Notes: generated by a model from the letters alone, not told the origin. Counted from the stretch's first letter, positions 39,543 through 50,777 are shown. The stretch is DNA of 64,000 nucleotides from Patescibacteria group bacterium (GCA_038064675.1 JBBTSM010000002.1:6507-70506), one strand, 5' to 3'. Program-made: numbers and translations.

Positions 39543-40703
39543 TTACGCTTTGTCTTCGGTCTTTTCAGTTTTCTCAGTCTTTGCTGCGCCTTCTTCCTTG
39601 AGGGAGAGGCCGAGGCGGTGTTCGTCTGGTTCAACGGAGACGATGCGGAACTTCATGACATCGCCTGGTTTTGCCAACTTTGTTGGGTCTTCCACTGGCT
39701 TGTCGGAAAGCTCGGAAACGTGTGCGAGGCCCTGAATGTCGGCGTCGAGTTCAACGAAGAAACCAAATGGGTTTACTTTGATGATTTTGCCTTCTACCCA
39801 GCTGCCAACCTTGTATCGCTTTGCGACGGTCTTCCAAGGGTCTTCAGTAAGCTTTTTGATGGACAAGAAAATCTTGCTTCCTTCAATACCGATGATTTCT
39901 GCACGGACGCTGTCGCCCATCTTGAGTACGTCGCGTGGGTGATCAATACGCTGCCATGCAATTTCCGAGATGTGAACCAATCCTTCGAGTGGGGTGGTGC
40001 TTCCGGTTGGGAAGAACTTCACGAATGCGCCGAAGTCTGCAACTGCAGACACGTCGCCAGCAACGATGTCGCCAACGCGGCACTGCGCGATGATGTTCTT
40101 CTGTTCCTCTTCCCAAACTGCCTTTTCAGACACGATCAGTTTTCCATCATCCTCATGAACGTCCAATACGCGAACACGCATGGTTTCGCCAATAAAGCTG
40201 CGGAGCTTCTCGAAAATCTTCTGCTTATCGCCACCGGCAACACGTGGGTAGTGTTCTGGAGCAAGTTGCGACACTGGCAAGAAGCCCTGAACGTGGTTCA
40301 CGCGAACGATGAGCCCGCCCTTGTTTGCGTCCAATACCTTTACTGGGATTGGTTCGCCAGAGGTGGAGAGTTCGCTCAAATCTTTCCATGCGCGCTGCTG
40401 ACCAGCGTAACGGAATGAAAGCTCAACTTCGCCGTTCTCGTTTTCCATGTCGACCACGGTTGCTTCAACTTCGTCACCGTCTTTGAGGTTCTTGTAGGCT
40501 TCCGCTTCCGCATACAATTCGCGACCACGAACAACACCAGTGGTAAGGCCAAGAATGTCGATGCGGATTTCACGACCCTTTGTAGAAAGCACCTTGCCCT
40601 TAATGGTGTCGCCAAGCTTTGGGATGGTGAACAATCCCTCTTCCTTCAAGAGCTCGTCGAGCTTGCTTGATGTGACTACCGCTGCCTTTTTCGCTTCTTT
40701 CAT
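39543..40703 (-). CDS. rpsA: 30S ribosomal protein S1 (four S1 domains)
   Basis: It has a repeated S1 fold pattern: G..V.G.V......G..V. Confidence 0.85.
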   Translation of the reverse strand: MKEAKKAAVVTSSKLDELLKEEGLFTIPKLGDTIKGKVLSTKGREIRIDILGLTTGVVRGRELYAEAEAYKNLKDGDEVEATVVDMENENGEVELSFRYAGQQRAWKDLSELSTSGEPIPVKVLDANKGGLIVRVNHVQGFLPVSQLAPEHYPRVAGGDKQKIFEKLRSFIGETMRVRVLDVHEDDGKLIVSEKAVWEEEQKNIIAQCRVGDIVAGDVSAVADFGAFVKFFPTGSTTPLEGLVHISEIAWQRIDHPRDVLKMGDSVRAEIIGIEGSKIFLSIKKLTEDPWKTVAKRYKVGSWVEGKIIKVNPFGFFVELDADIQGLAHVSELSDKPVEDPTKLAKPGDVMKFRIVSVEPDEHRLGLSLKEEGAAKTEKTEKTEDKA

Positions 40704-40879
40704 AAAGAAAATATCCTGATCGAGCTACGGGCCAAATGGCCGATAGGCGCTCAGGGGCTAAGAATGAAGAAGTGGCAAAAGAGTACAGGGCTTAGCGAAA
40801 ATCGGCAAGTGTTGCGCCGTGGGCAAAGAGAATCGTATTGTGATATACATAATGTAAGAATCATCTCACCCAATGTCCT

Positions 40880-41347
40880 ATGACTGTTGGAGAATTGATG
40901 AAGACTGATGTGATTACGGTTTCGCCGTCGTTAAGCTGGCGAGAGGCTGCAGAATTGCTACTCGCTCGGGGCATTTCTGCCGCGCCCGTGGTTGATGACT
41001 CCGGCCATTTAGTAGGGATTTTGAGTGAGAAGGACCTGTTTCGTGGATTGTTTCCGAGTTTTAAAGATTGGGTACAGACGCCGGAGAATTACCTCGACTT
41101 CGATGCTATGGAGCATCATGCGGCTGATGCGATGGGAAAGAAGGTGTCCGACGTGATGAGTACGCGGGTGATTACTGCGGAACCACACACGCCTATTTTG
41201 AAGGTTGGGGCGCTGATGGTTTCATCCGGAATCCACCACATTCCCGTCGTTGAACACGATATTCTCGTCGGCATTGTCGGCCGTGGTGATATGTATCGGG
41301 CGATTATGAAACAGTATTTTGGGATGGGGAAATCTGACGCGACATAG
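40880..41347 (+). CDS. CBS-pair domain protein
   Basis: It has two CBS motifs. Confidence 0.75.
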   Translation: MTVGELMKTDVITVSPSLSWREAAELLLARGISAAPVVDDSGHLVGILSEKDLFRGLFPSFKDWVQTPENYLDFDAMEHHAADAMGKKVSDVMSTRVITAEPHTPILKVGALMVSSGIHHIPVVEHDILVGIVGRGDMYRAIMKQYFGMGKSDAT

Positions 41348-41453
41348 AGTGTGGAAATTGATACGATGGAAGCAATCCCCGGTGACTGTTGTTTATACTC
41401 GTAGCCTTGAGGCGTGGAGGGATCGCCCAGGTGGTCTGCGTAGCATATTTTTT

Positions 41454-41801
41454 ATGCTTGATACACAGGATATTCAGGTACTTCGTGAGATCTTCGGTGA
41501 GATGCTTGGGAAGAATAATGTGATTCTTCGAGACGAAATGTTTGCTGTTCGAGATGAGATGATCGGTCGGATAGACGGCGCTCGAGATGAGATGATCGGC
41601 AGAATTGACGGTACTCGTGACGAGATGACGGGTCGAATTGATGGGATGAAAGGCTGGATGGAGACATTACTCCAAAAGGAACTTCGTTCTGTTCGCGACG
41701 ACATCATCGAAGTCATTAATGACGGTGTACTGCCGCAGATTGATCGATTGAATATTCGTGTGACGCGGTTGGAGCGTATGCAGCGACAGGGATCGTTTTA
41801 A
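41454..41801 (+). CDS. small coiled-coil protein with 3 x 33-bp in-frame tandem repeat (RDEM(I/T)GRIDG(A/T))
   Basis: The nucleotide repeats cgagatgagatgatcggtcggatagacggcgct / cgagatgagatgatcggcagaattgacggtact / cgtgacgagatgacgggtcgaattgatgggatg run from about 41545 to 41643. Confidence 0.45.
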   Translation: MLDTQDIQVLREIFGEMLGKNNVILRDEMFAVRDEMIGRIDGARDEMIGRIDGTRDEMTGRIDGMKGWMETLLQKELRSVRDDIIEVINDGVLPQIDRLNIRVTRLERMQRQGSF

Positions 41802-41817
41802 TTTCCTTCTTCGATTT

Positions 41818-41856
41818 GAAGACCCACCCAACGCAATGGGTGGGTCTTCGCGTTTT
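41818..41856 (+). terminator. rho-independent terminator
   Basis: GAAGACCCACCC-aacgcaa-TGGGTGGGTCTTC is followed by GCGTTTT. Confidence 0.55.
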
Positions 41857-42279
41857 ATGAACTGGATCTGAACTGACCTTGGAGGGGGTTGTGATGGGAG
41901 GGCGGCGAGAGGCATCATCGGCGAGCTGGGGTATTCGATTTTAAAAAGGGTGTTTTGGTAATGCGAATCATTCGCAGAAAGAAATCGCTATTCGATATTT
42001 ACAACCTTCGAGGTCGGCGATGACGTCGTTTACGCTCGGCGATCGCGCATTTCCGAAATCGATCTCACTTTTCATCGATTTCAGGCTCAGAATGTATTCT
42101 GCTGCCCAGTTTTAAAACCCCAAAAAACGAGGGTATCGTTTTCTGCCGCAGCACCTCATACTCCCAGGCTTCGCGCCGTCTCGTCCCAACCCTCAAAGGT
42201 TCAGGTCAGATAGATCGGTTAGGCGTTCTCCACAGTACTTCTGCCTTTTTTATTGCGTTGTCGTTACACTACCAACACT

Positions 42280-42975
42280 ATGGCACACCCAAACGGAGAG
42301 ATGGTGCAGGATTTTCGGAAAGCGGTTGGGCGGTTAGTGCCGCTCGCACCAAAGACGATTCGTGATGAAGCAATGCGGCTTGCTGACGATTTGGAGCAGA
42401 ACGAATCATCAACGGTTGAGCAGATCCGCCAAGCATTGGTGTATGTTGGAAAAAAAGAATTTCCGTATCGAAAGGCGTACCAAGAGTTGTGTGCTGGCGA
42501 CGAGGAAGCGCGCTTGCAAGAGTTCGTCCTCGGAAAGCTCGACGCATCGTTAAAAGGAAAGATGGAGCCGGTGGTGAAGTACGGCGTGCACATTTTGGAT
42601 TTTGTGAAGAGTTCACAGTTCGAATCAGAGCTCACCGATGACGAGCGATCGCGGGTCGACCGTGAAATTCTTGCTGCACACGACGTGCTCGACCGGCAGT
42701 GCGACGAACGTGCGGCGGCTCGGCGGGGAACATACGACGAACTTGTTGCGCGATGGTCGGCAACACAGGAACACATCCAACAGATGATTGAGGTATTGCG
42801 CGGCATGGCGGATCGCGATCCGGAATATCATGATGATATTTTGGCGCGTGTCCAGCAATTCGAAGACGGATGGTCTATGGTGGAAACTGATCCGACGGTG
42901 GATGACGTGCAGAAAGAAATTACGTATTGGACCGGTGTGCTGAGTGAGGATGAAGAGGATGGTGCCTCGGAGTAA
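42280..42975 (+). CDS. hypothetical acidic protein
   Basis: The ORF starts at MAHPNGEMV. No motif was recognised. Confidence 0.4.
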   Translation: MAHPNGEMVQDFRKAVGRLVPLAPKTIRDEAMRLADDLEQNESSTVEQIRQALVYVGKKEFPYRKAYQELCAGDEEARLQEFVLGKLDASLKGKMEPVVKYGVHILDFVKSSQFESELTDDERSRVDREILAAHDVLDRQCDERAAARRGTYDELVARWSATQEHIQQMIEVLRGMADRDPEYHDDILARVQQFEDGWSMVETDPTVDDVQKEITYWTGVLSEDEEDGASE

Positions 42976-43009
42976 CTTGTGTTACCGTACTGACGAATTC
43001 GAGCCGATT

Positions 43010-43660
43010 ATGAATATTACCTGGAACGGTGCGGGAAGTATTGTTTTGACGGCAAAGCCTGGTCAAACAGAAGTGTCGTTGGTGACAAATCCGTTTTTTG
43101 CAGAAGGTTCGATGAAATTTCCAAAGCAGATCGAAGCATCAATGATTGCGCGAACGCACGATGATGATTCGACGGGAAACATGCAGGCAATTATTGCGGA
43201 GCATGACGGCGGTTCAACGCCTTTTGTTGTCGATCACGCTGGTGAATACGAAGTGCGCGGATTATTTGCCACGGGAATTTCGGCGCCAAAGAAGGACGGC
43301 ACACCACACACGATTTATCGATTCGACGTTGAAGGAATGCATGTTGGATTCCTTGGCGCGATTGATCGCGCGCTGACAGCAAAGGAGCAAGAAGCACTTG
43401 GCGCCGTGGATATTCTTTTGATCCCTGCCGGTGGAGGAAGCGTTCTTGGTGCGTCTGCCGCGGCTGAGCTCGTTACGCAGATCGAGCCACGCGTCGTTAT
43501 CCCAATATACGTGAACGCTTTTGAGGGCGACGGATATGCGGAAAGTGCGGCGTTTGTGCGGGAAATCGGTGCTCCGTCCGAAACTCTGACGAAGTACAAG
43601 ATGACGCGTGCAGGTCTTCCGGAAGAAGACATGGCGGTAGTCGTTCTTGCCCGTGGGTAG
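43010..43660 (+). CDS. MBL-fold metallo-hydrolase (lactamase_B_3-like)
   Basis: It has His/Asp-rich motifs (VVDHAGEYE, GAVDILLIPAGGG). It is about 216 aa. Confidence 0.55.
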   Translation: MNITWNGAGSIVLTAKPGQTEVSLVTNPFFAEGSMKFPKQIEASMIARTHDDDSTGNMQAIIAEHDGGSTPFVVDHAGEYEVRGLFATGISAPKKDGTPHTIYRFDVEGMHVGFLGAIDRALTAKEQEALGAVDILLIPAGGGSVLGASAAAELVTQIEPRVVIPIYVNAFEGDGYAESAAFVREIGAPSETLTKYKMTRAGLPEEDMAVVVLARG

Positions 43661-43663
43661 CAT

Positions 43664-43939
43664 ATGGATACCCCACGTATCGTCATTCCCAAGCGGCGAT
43701 TCCTTGTTGGGAAAACAGCGTGGATTGTTGCGGTGATTGCGGGCGTTGTGCTCGTTGGCACAGTGATCCAGATGCGCATGACCTGGACGCGAGAACGAAC
43801 ACGCGGGGTAACGAGTGACGCCGTTGATCTCTTAAACACCGTGAAGACAGAGCTCGGAACGGTTCTTCCTCCGGCGAGTGTGCTTGCACCAATTACCGAC
43901 GCGTTTACGTCAGACTCTTCCACTTCTTCCTCCAACTAA
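43664..43939 (+). CDS. small membrane protein
   Basis: It has one TM helix ([16 protein letters not shown]). Confidence 0.3.
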   Translation: MDTPRIVIPKRRFLVGKTAWIVAVIAGVVLVGTVIQMRMTWTRERTRGVTSDAVDLLNTVKTELGTVLPPASVLAPITDAFTSDSSTSSSN

Positions 43940-43944
43940 CCTGT

Positions 43945-46470
43945 ATGGCAAAAGCAAACGACACCACCGAAGTTCTTCCAGAAGATCCAGGTCTCGTCCC
44001 TGTTGGCGGGCTCATTCAACAAAGCATCACGGAAGAAATGCGTCATGCATACTTGGACTATGCCATGTCCGTGATTGTTGCTCGCGCACTTCCAGACGTT
44101 CGTGACGGTATGAAGCCGGTGCATCGCCGTATTTTGTATGCCATGTGGGATATCGGTTTGCGCGCGAATGCAAAGTTCCGAAAGTCTGCAACCATCGTTG
44201 GAGAGGTGCTTGGTAAATATCACCCGCACGGCGATATTTCCGTGTACGACTCCATGGTTCGCATGGCTCAAGACTTCTCGTTCCGCTATCCACTCGTTAC
44301 TGGTCAGGGAAACTTTGGTTCTATGGACGGCGACGGCGCCGCTGCGTATCGATACACCGAGGCAAAGCTTTCCCCGATTGCCGAAGAGATGCTTATCGAT
44401 ATTGAAAAAAACACGGTGAACTTTGTACCGAACTACGATGGTAGTCACGATGAACCAGCAGTGCTTCCAGCAAAACTTCCAAACTTGTTGCTCAACGGCA
44501 TGATTGGTATTGCTGTGGGTATGGCGACGAATATTCCCCCACATAACGTGAAGGAAATCAGCACAGCCATTTTGAAGCTCATCGACAATCCGGACACGAC
44601 GATCGATGAGATTGTTGGAGTGATGCCTGGTCCAGATTTTCCAACCGGCGGAATTGTCTATGGCACCAACGATCTTCGTGCGGCATATGCAACGGGTCGT
44701 GGGGGAGTCGTCGTTCGCGCAAAGACCGATATTATCGAAGGGAAAAAAGATACTGCGGTTATTATTGTCTCGGAAATTCCATACCTCGTGAACAAGAGTT
44801 CGCTTATTGAAAAGATTGCGGATCTTGTGCGTGAAAAGAAGCTTGAGGGCATTCGCGATATTCGTGATGAATCGAACAAAGAAGGTGTTCGTATTGTTAT
44901 CGAGCTCAAGAAAGACGCGTATCCACGAAAAGTGTTGAATCGTTTGTATCAATCAACACAGCTTCAGACGACGTTCCACTACAACATGCTCGCGCTTGTT
45001 GATGGAATTCAGCCTCGGGTGCTAAATGTGAAACAAATTCTTGAAGAGCACATTAAACACCGCAAAGAAGTGGTGAAGCGTCGTACGGAATACGATTTGG
45101 CACGTATTGATGACCGTTTGCACATTTTGGATGGCTTGCGTATTGCGCTTGCGAATATCGACAAGGTAATTGCCACCATCAAGAAATCGAAGGACAAGGA
45201 CGAAGCACGCGTGAATTTGATGAAGCAGTTTTCCATGAGCGAGCGTCAGGCGATCGCGATTCTGGAAATGCGGTTGCAGGCTTTGGCGAACCTTGAGCAG
45301 TTGCGCATTGAGCAGGAGTACGCCGAGAAGATGAAAATCAAGGAGGCGTTGGAAGCGATTTTGAAGAGCGAAAAGAAGTTGCTTGCGGTGCTCCGCGGCG
45401 AGCTTGTTGAGCTTGCAGAAAAGTTTGGCGACGAGCGACGCACAAAGATTGTGAAGGCTGGCGTGAAGGAATTCTCAATGGAGGATATTATTGCGGACGT
45501 TCCAGCCGTCGTCATGATGACGAAAGATGGTTACATCAAGCGCTTAGCGCCAGATACATTTACGCAGCAGGGTCGTGGCGGAAAGGGCGTTATTGGATTA
45601 ACAACAAAGGAGGAGGATATTGTTGAGGCGATGTATTCGGCGACGACGCATGACGACATGATGTTCTTCACGTCGCGCGGCCGCGTGTTCCGTTTGAAGG
45701 CGTACGAAATTCCAGAAGCGTCGCGTACGGCAAAGGGTCAGGCGATTGTGAACTTCCTCGAACTTGGACCTGGCGAGAAAGTCTCATCGGTGCTCGTTGG
45801 AAACTTGAAGAAACAGCTTGGTGCGAAGTTCATCATGATGGTGACGAACCGCGGAACGATTAAAAAGACAAAGCTCGAAGATTTTGAGAATGTCCGTAAG
45901 TCGGGATTGATCGCGATCAAACTCAACGACGGCGACAACTTGCAGTGGGTACGAACATCCACCGGGAAAGATCAGGTGATGTTGGCTACGATGAACGGTA
46001 TGTCGATTCGTTTTAACGAGGACGATGTTCGCGCGATGGGCCGTGTTGCTGCGGGTGTTCGCGGAATGAAGCTGAAGGGTGACGACGAAATTATCGGCAT
46101 GGAAGTGATTAGTGCGGAAGCGCAGAAAGAAGGTCGACAGCTTCTGACTATTATGGGAAATGGGTACGGAAAACGCACCGACATCGAAGAGTACGGCATT
46201 CAGGGTCGCGGCGGATCTGGAATCAAGACCGCGCAGATTACCGCGAAAACAGGAAAGCTCGTGTGCGCATATGTGACAGAGATGAAAGATTCGCGCGACT
46301 TGCTCATCATGTCGCAAGGCGGACAGATCATTCGTACATCAGTGACATCGGTTTCTGTCATCGGTCGCGCAACACAAGGCGTTCGTGTGATGCGTTTCAA
46401 ACAGGCAGGTGATATGGTTGCAACAGCAACAGTTGTTGCGGGAGCGGTGGAAGAGAAGGAGGAAAAGTAG
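43945..46470 (+). CDS. gyrA: DNA gyrase subunit A
   Basis: The active-site region AAMRYTE-like is [11 protein letters not shown]. The QRDR-like segment is [12 protein letters not shown]. There is a C-terminal beta-pinwheel. Confidence 0.9.
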   Translation: MAKANDTTEVLPEDPGLVPVGGLIQQSITEEMRHAYLDYAMSVIVARALPDVRDGMKPVHRRILYAMWDIGLRANAKFRKSATIVGEVLGKYHPHGDISVYDSMVRMAQDFSFRYPLVTGQGNFGSMDGDGAAAYRYTEAKLSPIAEEMLIDIEKNTVNFVPNYDGSHDEPAVLPAKLPNLLLNGMIGIAVGMATNIPPHNVKEISTAILKLIDNPDTTIDEIVGVMPGPDFPTGGIVYGTNDLRAAYATGRGGVVVRAKTDIIEGKKDTAVIIVSEIPYLVNKSSLIEKIADLVREKKLEGIRDIRDESNKEGVRIVIELKKDAYPRKVLNRLYQSTQLQTTFHYNMLALVDGIQPRVLNVKQILEEHIKHRKEVVKRRTEYDLARIDDRLHILDGLRIALANIDKVIATIKKSKDKDEARVNLMKQFSMSERQAIAILEMRLQALANLEQLRIEQEYAEKMKIKEALEAILKSEKKLLAVLRGELVELAEKFGDERRTKIVKAGVKEFSMEDIIADVPAVVMMTKDGYIKRLAPDTFTQQGRGGKGVIGLTTKEEDIVEAMYSATTHDDMMFFTSRGRVFRLKAYEIPEASRTAKGQAIVNFLELGPGEKVSSVLVGNLKKQLGAKFIMMVTNRGTIKKTKLEDFENVRKSGLIAIKLNDGDNLQWVRTSTGKDQVMLATMNGMSIRFNEDDVRAMGRVAAGVRGMKLKGDDEIIGMEVISAEAQKEGRQLLTIMGNGYGKRTDIEEYGIQGRGGSGIKTAQITAKTGKLVCAYVTEMKDSRDLLIMSQGGQIIRTSVTSVSVIGRATQGVRVMRFKQAGDMVATATVVAGAVEEKEEK

Positions 46471-46551
46471 AGGCGGCCCGCTGGGTCGTCTCAAACAAAA
46501 CACGTCGCGCAGTGCGGCGTGTTTTTGTATCATGGTAAAATGTGCCCAAGT

Positions 46552-49341
46552 ATGTCAAACGAAAAGATTCCGGATAAAGAAGAACAAAATGGGTCTCTTC
46601 CTAAAAAACAAGACGGAGGTACGCTTGGGCGTGATGTTTTCGGTGTATTGTCCGATGAAGATATTCAACCATACGATTTGGATGAGTCTGACGGGTCTCA
46701 AATCGAGCCTGGAATGACGGTGCAAACAAATATTCCTGCGATTCCTGGGGCTATAAGCTCCTACAGTTCCCCCCTGGGTCAGGGTTCTGATAATGCTTCG
46801 TTGGCAGGTGTTTCTGCGCTTGAACTGGAGAATAGAGCGAAGGAGGGGCACGCAATGACCCACGAACGGCTTGTAGAGACCGAAGCATTGTCCTTGAAAC
46901 ATTTGGTTTCCAGAACGCGAGCAACATTACAAAAAGAAGTTGACGCGCGACCGGCTCTTACAAACGTCGTTGAACTTATTGATGGTTTAGAAATACAGCT
47001 TGCTGGTCTGATTGAGGAGCTTGAAGATAATGCTGCGGATTGCGATGGGGTGCATATCGATGCATCTCGATACTCCCTGATGCCCATTGATACGCTAGTA
47101 GCGGCGATCGCAGAAGATCTTGCTCGAGTTTCAGAATTTGTTGGTCGAGATAGTAAAAATGGCTATTTAGGATCTACGTATACTGCTTCTGCAAAGACAT
47201 ATATTACAGAGCGGCTTCGCTATGAATCGCTGAGAGAATATTTACTCGTAAGCGCGAAACAGCAGGAGGGAAACCTCGGACAAGAAGGCGTGTCATCGCA
47301 TCGCCAACATCCGTCTGAGGTTCCTACGACGGATATTGTCGATGAGTTTCGACGAGCCCAGATTTTGGACGACGCGCGCAACATCGTTGGCGTTGATGCA
47401 CTCGCGACTCGATTGCGCATTATCGTCGCATTCTTTGACCGCTCTGCCGAGCTTCTCGCTCAGGAGAAAAATGCAGCCATTGCGCTACGGAAAAGGACGA
47501 AATTGACTTTGAATCGCGATCTGCTTCTTCGCGAAATTGATAGGCGCCTTGCGGACTCGATACAGACGCTTGGAATATCCGAATCCGCATCGGATCAAGG
47601 TATTCGTTCCGCGTATGAAAAACGAATGACTGAACTTGAGAAGAGGCATTCCAGTATAAACACGGAAGAGTATGCCCATCTGGTGGCAGAGCTCGAACAC
47701 GCTCGCGATATGCTTCTAGGGAGGAGCGCGCAGATGCAATCTGAGGCTCGTGCTGTGCTTGGAATTGACGAAACAGCTTCAGAGTCGGAAATTTTGTCGA
47801 TGTATACCCAGCGCGTGAACGCTGTAAACAGAGGAAAGACACACCTTTCTTCGATGGATGTTGAATTGATAGTAGGAGAACTCCGCCGATGCGTAGACAG
47901 CCTTATTTCGCCAGCGCGCCAAGGGCTTTTAAGAGACATTGCAACGCTTCGTATTTCGGAAGCGGCTTCGATGGAAGAAATACTTTCCGCATACGATCAT
48001 CGTATTGCCGCTCTTGAGAGTGGGGGCAAACATGCGACTTCACGTGGAATCACCGAAAAGCGTACGGAGCTTGTGTTGGCTCGCGATAGAATGCTTTTAT
48101 ACAGAAAGGGACAGCAACAGCGAGAGATGGAGGCACTCGCCGCGAAGAATCCTCATGTGTTATTTGGCATTCCAGAAGATGCGACGCGTATGCAGATTGA
48201 GCAAGCGTTTGCTGCACATATGCAGGTTTTAGACTTTGATCGTGCGGAAGATCGAAGGGAAATAGCGGATCTTCAGCGCGCGCGGGAGCGATTGTTGGTT
48301 CGTGCTGAAGCTCGGGAAAAGGAAGAGACATTTCGTCGTGCAGAAGAGAATCGAGAGGCTCAAGAAGAAGCGGATCGGGCGCATTATGCCTGGCTTACAA
48401 GACCGATGGTTTTCCCGGAAGTTCAGAAGCAGGTTCCTGAGCAGAGGCGAGAGGTATCTGAAGGCCTCTTAACGAAGTTGGCCCGTATTCCTGGGCGATG
48501 GATTCGTGGATTAGTCCTCAGCGGAACCGCTTTTGCTGCTATTGGCGAATCCGCGGAGCATCAGAAGGAGATTGAGCAGGCGGCGGAATCTGCGCGCGCT
48601 GCTGAAACGTTGCGAAGTGATCAAGGAGGGGTAGACGTGGATCAGGATAGGAATACTGAGGATTCGGTGGCTACTCGAATCCTGCCTGTTGAAGTTCCAA
48701 ATACCGACCATGTCGTTGCGGATCGTGAGACCTTGTGGAAAGTTCTGAGCGATGAAATTCGCAATCGCGATTTGCGTGTCACGAACGAAAAGATTGTGAC
48801 ATTGAAACATTACGCCGATTTGGAAAATCCGGGAGTCGATTGGGAAAAGCTTCAGGTTGGGCAGGTTATTCATTTGAAGCAGGTGGAGGGCATGCTCGAT
48901 CAAATGGAAGGGAAGCCGACGCCGCTCCCAGAATCCGGATTCCGTGCGGTGCTCACAGACGAATCCATTGCTGAGGACAATATTCCTGCATCAACCTTCG
49001 GTAAGGAAGTTCAACGAATCAATCATGTTATTGATAGAGGAATGACTCCGGAATTCGCAGAAGCTAAGGCGTATAGCGACATTCCTCGCAACGGACACGA
49101 AAAACACGCGATGGTGAAAGGGGAATGGATTTACAAGATTATTCACCTCATGCTTGGTGAGAGCGGCTTCAACTGGAGTGTGCCACGCATGACGCGATTG
49201 AAAAACATGACACTGCAGGAGAATGGATTATCGGAAGCTCAGGCCGCGAAGCTTCCGCCCGGTGCGATTGTTTCATTCAATAGCGTGCTTCAAGAAATTC
49301 AAGCAATGAAAGCGGCAAAGGAAAAGACGAAAAAGAAGTAG
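46552..49341 (+). CDS. large hypothetical protein with four J-domain-like helical repeats and a C-terminal LysM-like segment
   Basis: The repeats are LGISESASDQGIRSAYEKRM, LGIDETASESEILSMYTQRV, LRISEAASMEEILSAYDHRI, FGIPEDATRMQIEQAFAAHM. The C-terminal segment is KHYADLENPGVDWEKLQVGQVIHLKQ. Confidence 0.5.
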   Translation: MSNEKIPDKEEQNGSLPKKQDGGTLGRDVFGVLSDEDIQPYDLDESDGSQIEPGMTVQTNIPAIPGAISSYSSPLGQGSDNASLAGVSALELENRAKEGHAMTHERLVETEALSLKHLVSRTRATLQKEVDARPALTNVVELIDGLEIQLAGLIEELEDNAADCDGVHIDASRYSLMPIDTLVAAIAEDLARVSEFVGRDSKNGYLGSTYTASAKTYITERLRYESLREYLLVSAKQQEGNLGQEGVSSHRQHPSEVPTTDIVDEFRRAQILDDARNIVGVDALATRLRIIVAFFDRSAELLAQEKNAAIALRKRTKLTLNRDLLLREIDRRLADSIQTLGISESASDQGIRSAYEKRMTELEKRHSSINTEEYAHLVAELEHARDMLLGRSAQMQSEARAVLGIDETASESEILSMYTQRVNAVNRGKTHLSSMDVELIVGELRRCVDSLISPARQGLLRDIATLRISEAASMEEILSAYDHRIAALESGGKHATSRGITEKRTELVLARDRMLLYRKGQQQREMEALAAKNPHVLFGIPEDATRMQIEQAFAAHMQVLDFDRAEDRREIADLQRARERLLVRAEAREKEETFRRAEENREAQEEADRAHYAWLTRPMVFPEVQKQVPEQRREVSEGLLTKLARIPGRWIRGLVLSGTAFAAIGESAEHQKEIEQAAESARAAETLRSDQGGVDVDQDRNTEDSVATRILPVEVPNTDHVVADRETLWKVLSDEIRNRDLRVTNEKIVTLKHYADLENPGVDWEKLQVGQVIHLKQVEGMLDQMEGKPTPLPESGFRAVLTDESIAEDNIPASTFGKEVQRINHVIDRGMTPEFAEAKAYSDIPRNGHEKHAMVKGEWIYKIIHLMLGESGFNWSVPRMTRLKNMTLQENGLSEAQAAKLPPGAIVSFNSVLQEIQAMKAAKEKTKKK

Positions 49342-49402
49342 AGACGCATGACGGCCGGCTTCCCGAGGGATGCCGGCCGTTCGTGTTGGTGACGTGTTCG
49401 TC

Positions 49403-50704
49403 CTACGCCGCGCTGAGCGCGTGATCGAAGCGCCGCTCGATTTCTCGCAGCCCGTCGGCTCTGTCGTCTCCCCGGTGGGCGACGCCGCGAATGAGATCCG
49501 TGATTTCACCCATCTCGCGGAGATGGTAGGGCTGGACCCAGGGGGCGCAGTCCATCATCCATTGCAGGCCCGCCTCACGGAAGCGTTGCAGCGCGTCAAT
49601 GTCTCCGCTGTTCACCATCTGGATGGCCGCCGAGAGTTGGTCGCGGAGCGCGACGGCCTTCAGGAACGCAGCCGCCCGACGAGCATTGCTCGCGATGCGG
49701 TTGTACTGCCTCGCTTCGAAGCCGTCGATCATTTCCTGTACTGCGGCGTGCGCGAATGCCGTCCAGGGAAGGATCGGGTTGATGAAGCTCCGTTTGAGCT
49801 CGTCGCGGTACCCCTTGAGTCGCTTGACGAAGTTGGTCACGCGCTGCTCGCTGACACCCAGCGGAAGCTCGGTGGTGATACCGAGCCACCACGACTTCTT
49901 GTCGTCGAGCTCTGTCGCCATCCGGCTACAGCGCTGGACCACGCGACCGATCCACTCCTCGATGTCGCGGCCACTGTACGTGACGGCCTCGAGCACATCG
50001 TGCTGGTCCGCGGTGAGCGCTTCCGCGCGGCGTTGAATGGCACGAACGATGAGCACGTAGCGGTACACATTCCGGCGGTTGATGGAATCGAGGGGATTCT
50101 CCATGCTCGCGAGGAATGCGCGGATCTCCTTAGCAAGCTTCGCGTTGGAATGCACGAAATTCTTGAGGAAGCGGATGTTCTCGCGGTGCGTCTCTGCATC
50201 GATCCGACGCTTGAGGCGGGTCTTCAGTGCGAACCCAAGCTTTTCGTCGCTCATCACGACGAGCGTGCGGAGAAGGACGATTTCGTTCTTCACTCGGCTT
50301 GCCGCACGACGCATGGCGCGGTTCACGCCGAACACCCCTGCTTCGAAGCCGGAGACGATCGGAAGGCGCTTCAGCTTGGTGGGATCGTCGGCTCCGTAGA
50401 TTTTGCTGCCCGGGGCGAAGATCACTTCGCGATCCACCTTCGTGAACCGCTGGAACACCTGGAAGCTCTGGGGGCCGCTCGTCATGCCCCACACCGATCC
50501 TTCGGAGAGACACGCGGCTTCGCCTTCAATGATGCGTCCGATGTGGCCGGAACCGTCCGGAGTGATGACGCCCTCGTGATTGACGAAGAGCATCAGTGCG
50601 AGCACGTGGACGAGGGGGAGGGTCGGGATGGGCTTGTCGCCAAGGGGGCTGATCACGATATTTTCCGGTCTGAGTGTGATACTGGCACGGGTGTGCCGGC
50701 GCAA
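49403..50704 (-). CDS. hypothetical protein, GC-rich patch
   Basis: The patch is about 62% GC. The ORF is 433 aa. A GC hairpin plus a GTTGGTGACGT box lie downstream at about 49350..49400. The start is uncertain. Confidence 0.4.
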   Translation of the reverse strand: MRRHTRASITLRPENIVISPLGDKPIPTLPLVHVLALMLFVNHEGVITPDGSGHIGRIIEGEAACLSEGSVWGMTSGPQSFQVFQRFTKVDREVIFAPGSKIYGADDPTKLKRLPIVSGFEAGVFGVNRAMRRAASRVKNEIVLLRTLVVMSDEKLGFALKTRLKRRIDAETHRENIRFLKNFVHSNAKLAKEIRAFLASMENPLDSINRRNVYRYVLIVRAIQRRAEALTADQHDVLEAVTYSGRDIEEWIGRVVQRCSRMATELDDKKSWWLGITTELPLGVSEQRVTNFVKRLKGYRDELKRSFINPILPWTAFAHAAVQEMIDGFEARQYNRIASNARRAAAFLKAVALRDQLSAAIQMVNSGDIDALQRFREAGLQWMMDCAPWVQPYHLREMGEITDLIRGVAHRGDDRADGLREIERRFDHALSAA

Positions 50705-50726
50705 GAGAATAGCCAGGTTTGTGGCT

Positions 50727-50756
50727 TGACGTCAAAGGGGTATTTCGCTATCCTTT
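50727..50756 (+). promoter_or_regulatory. candidate promoter of rpmF
   Basis: TTGACG-N17-TATCCT. Confidence 0.3.
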
Positions 50757-50777
50757 GCGCATTCTTCAATTCTCCCT

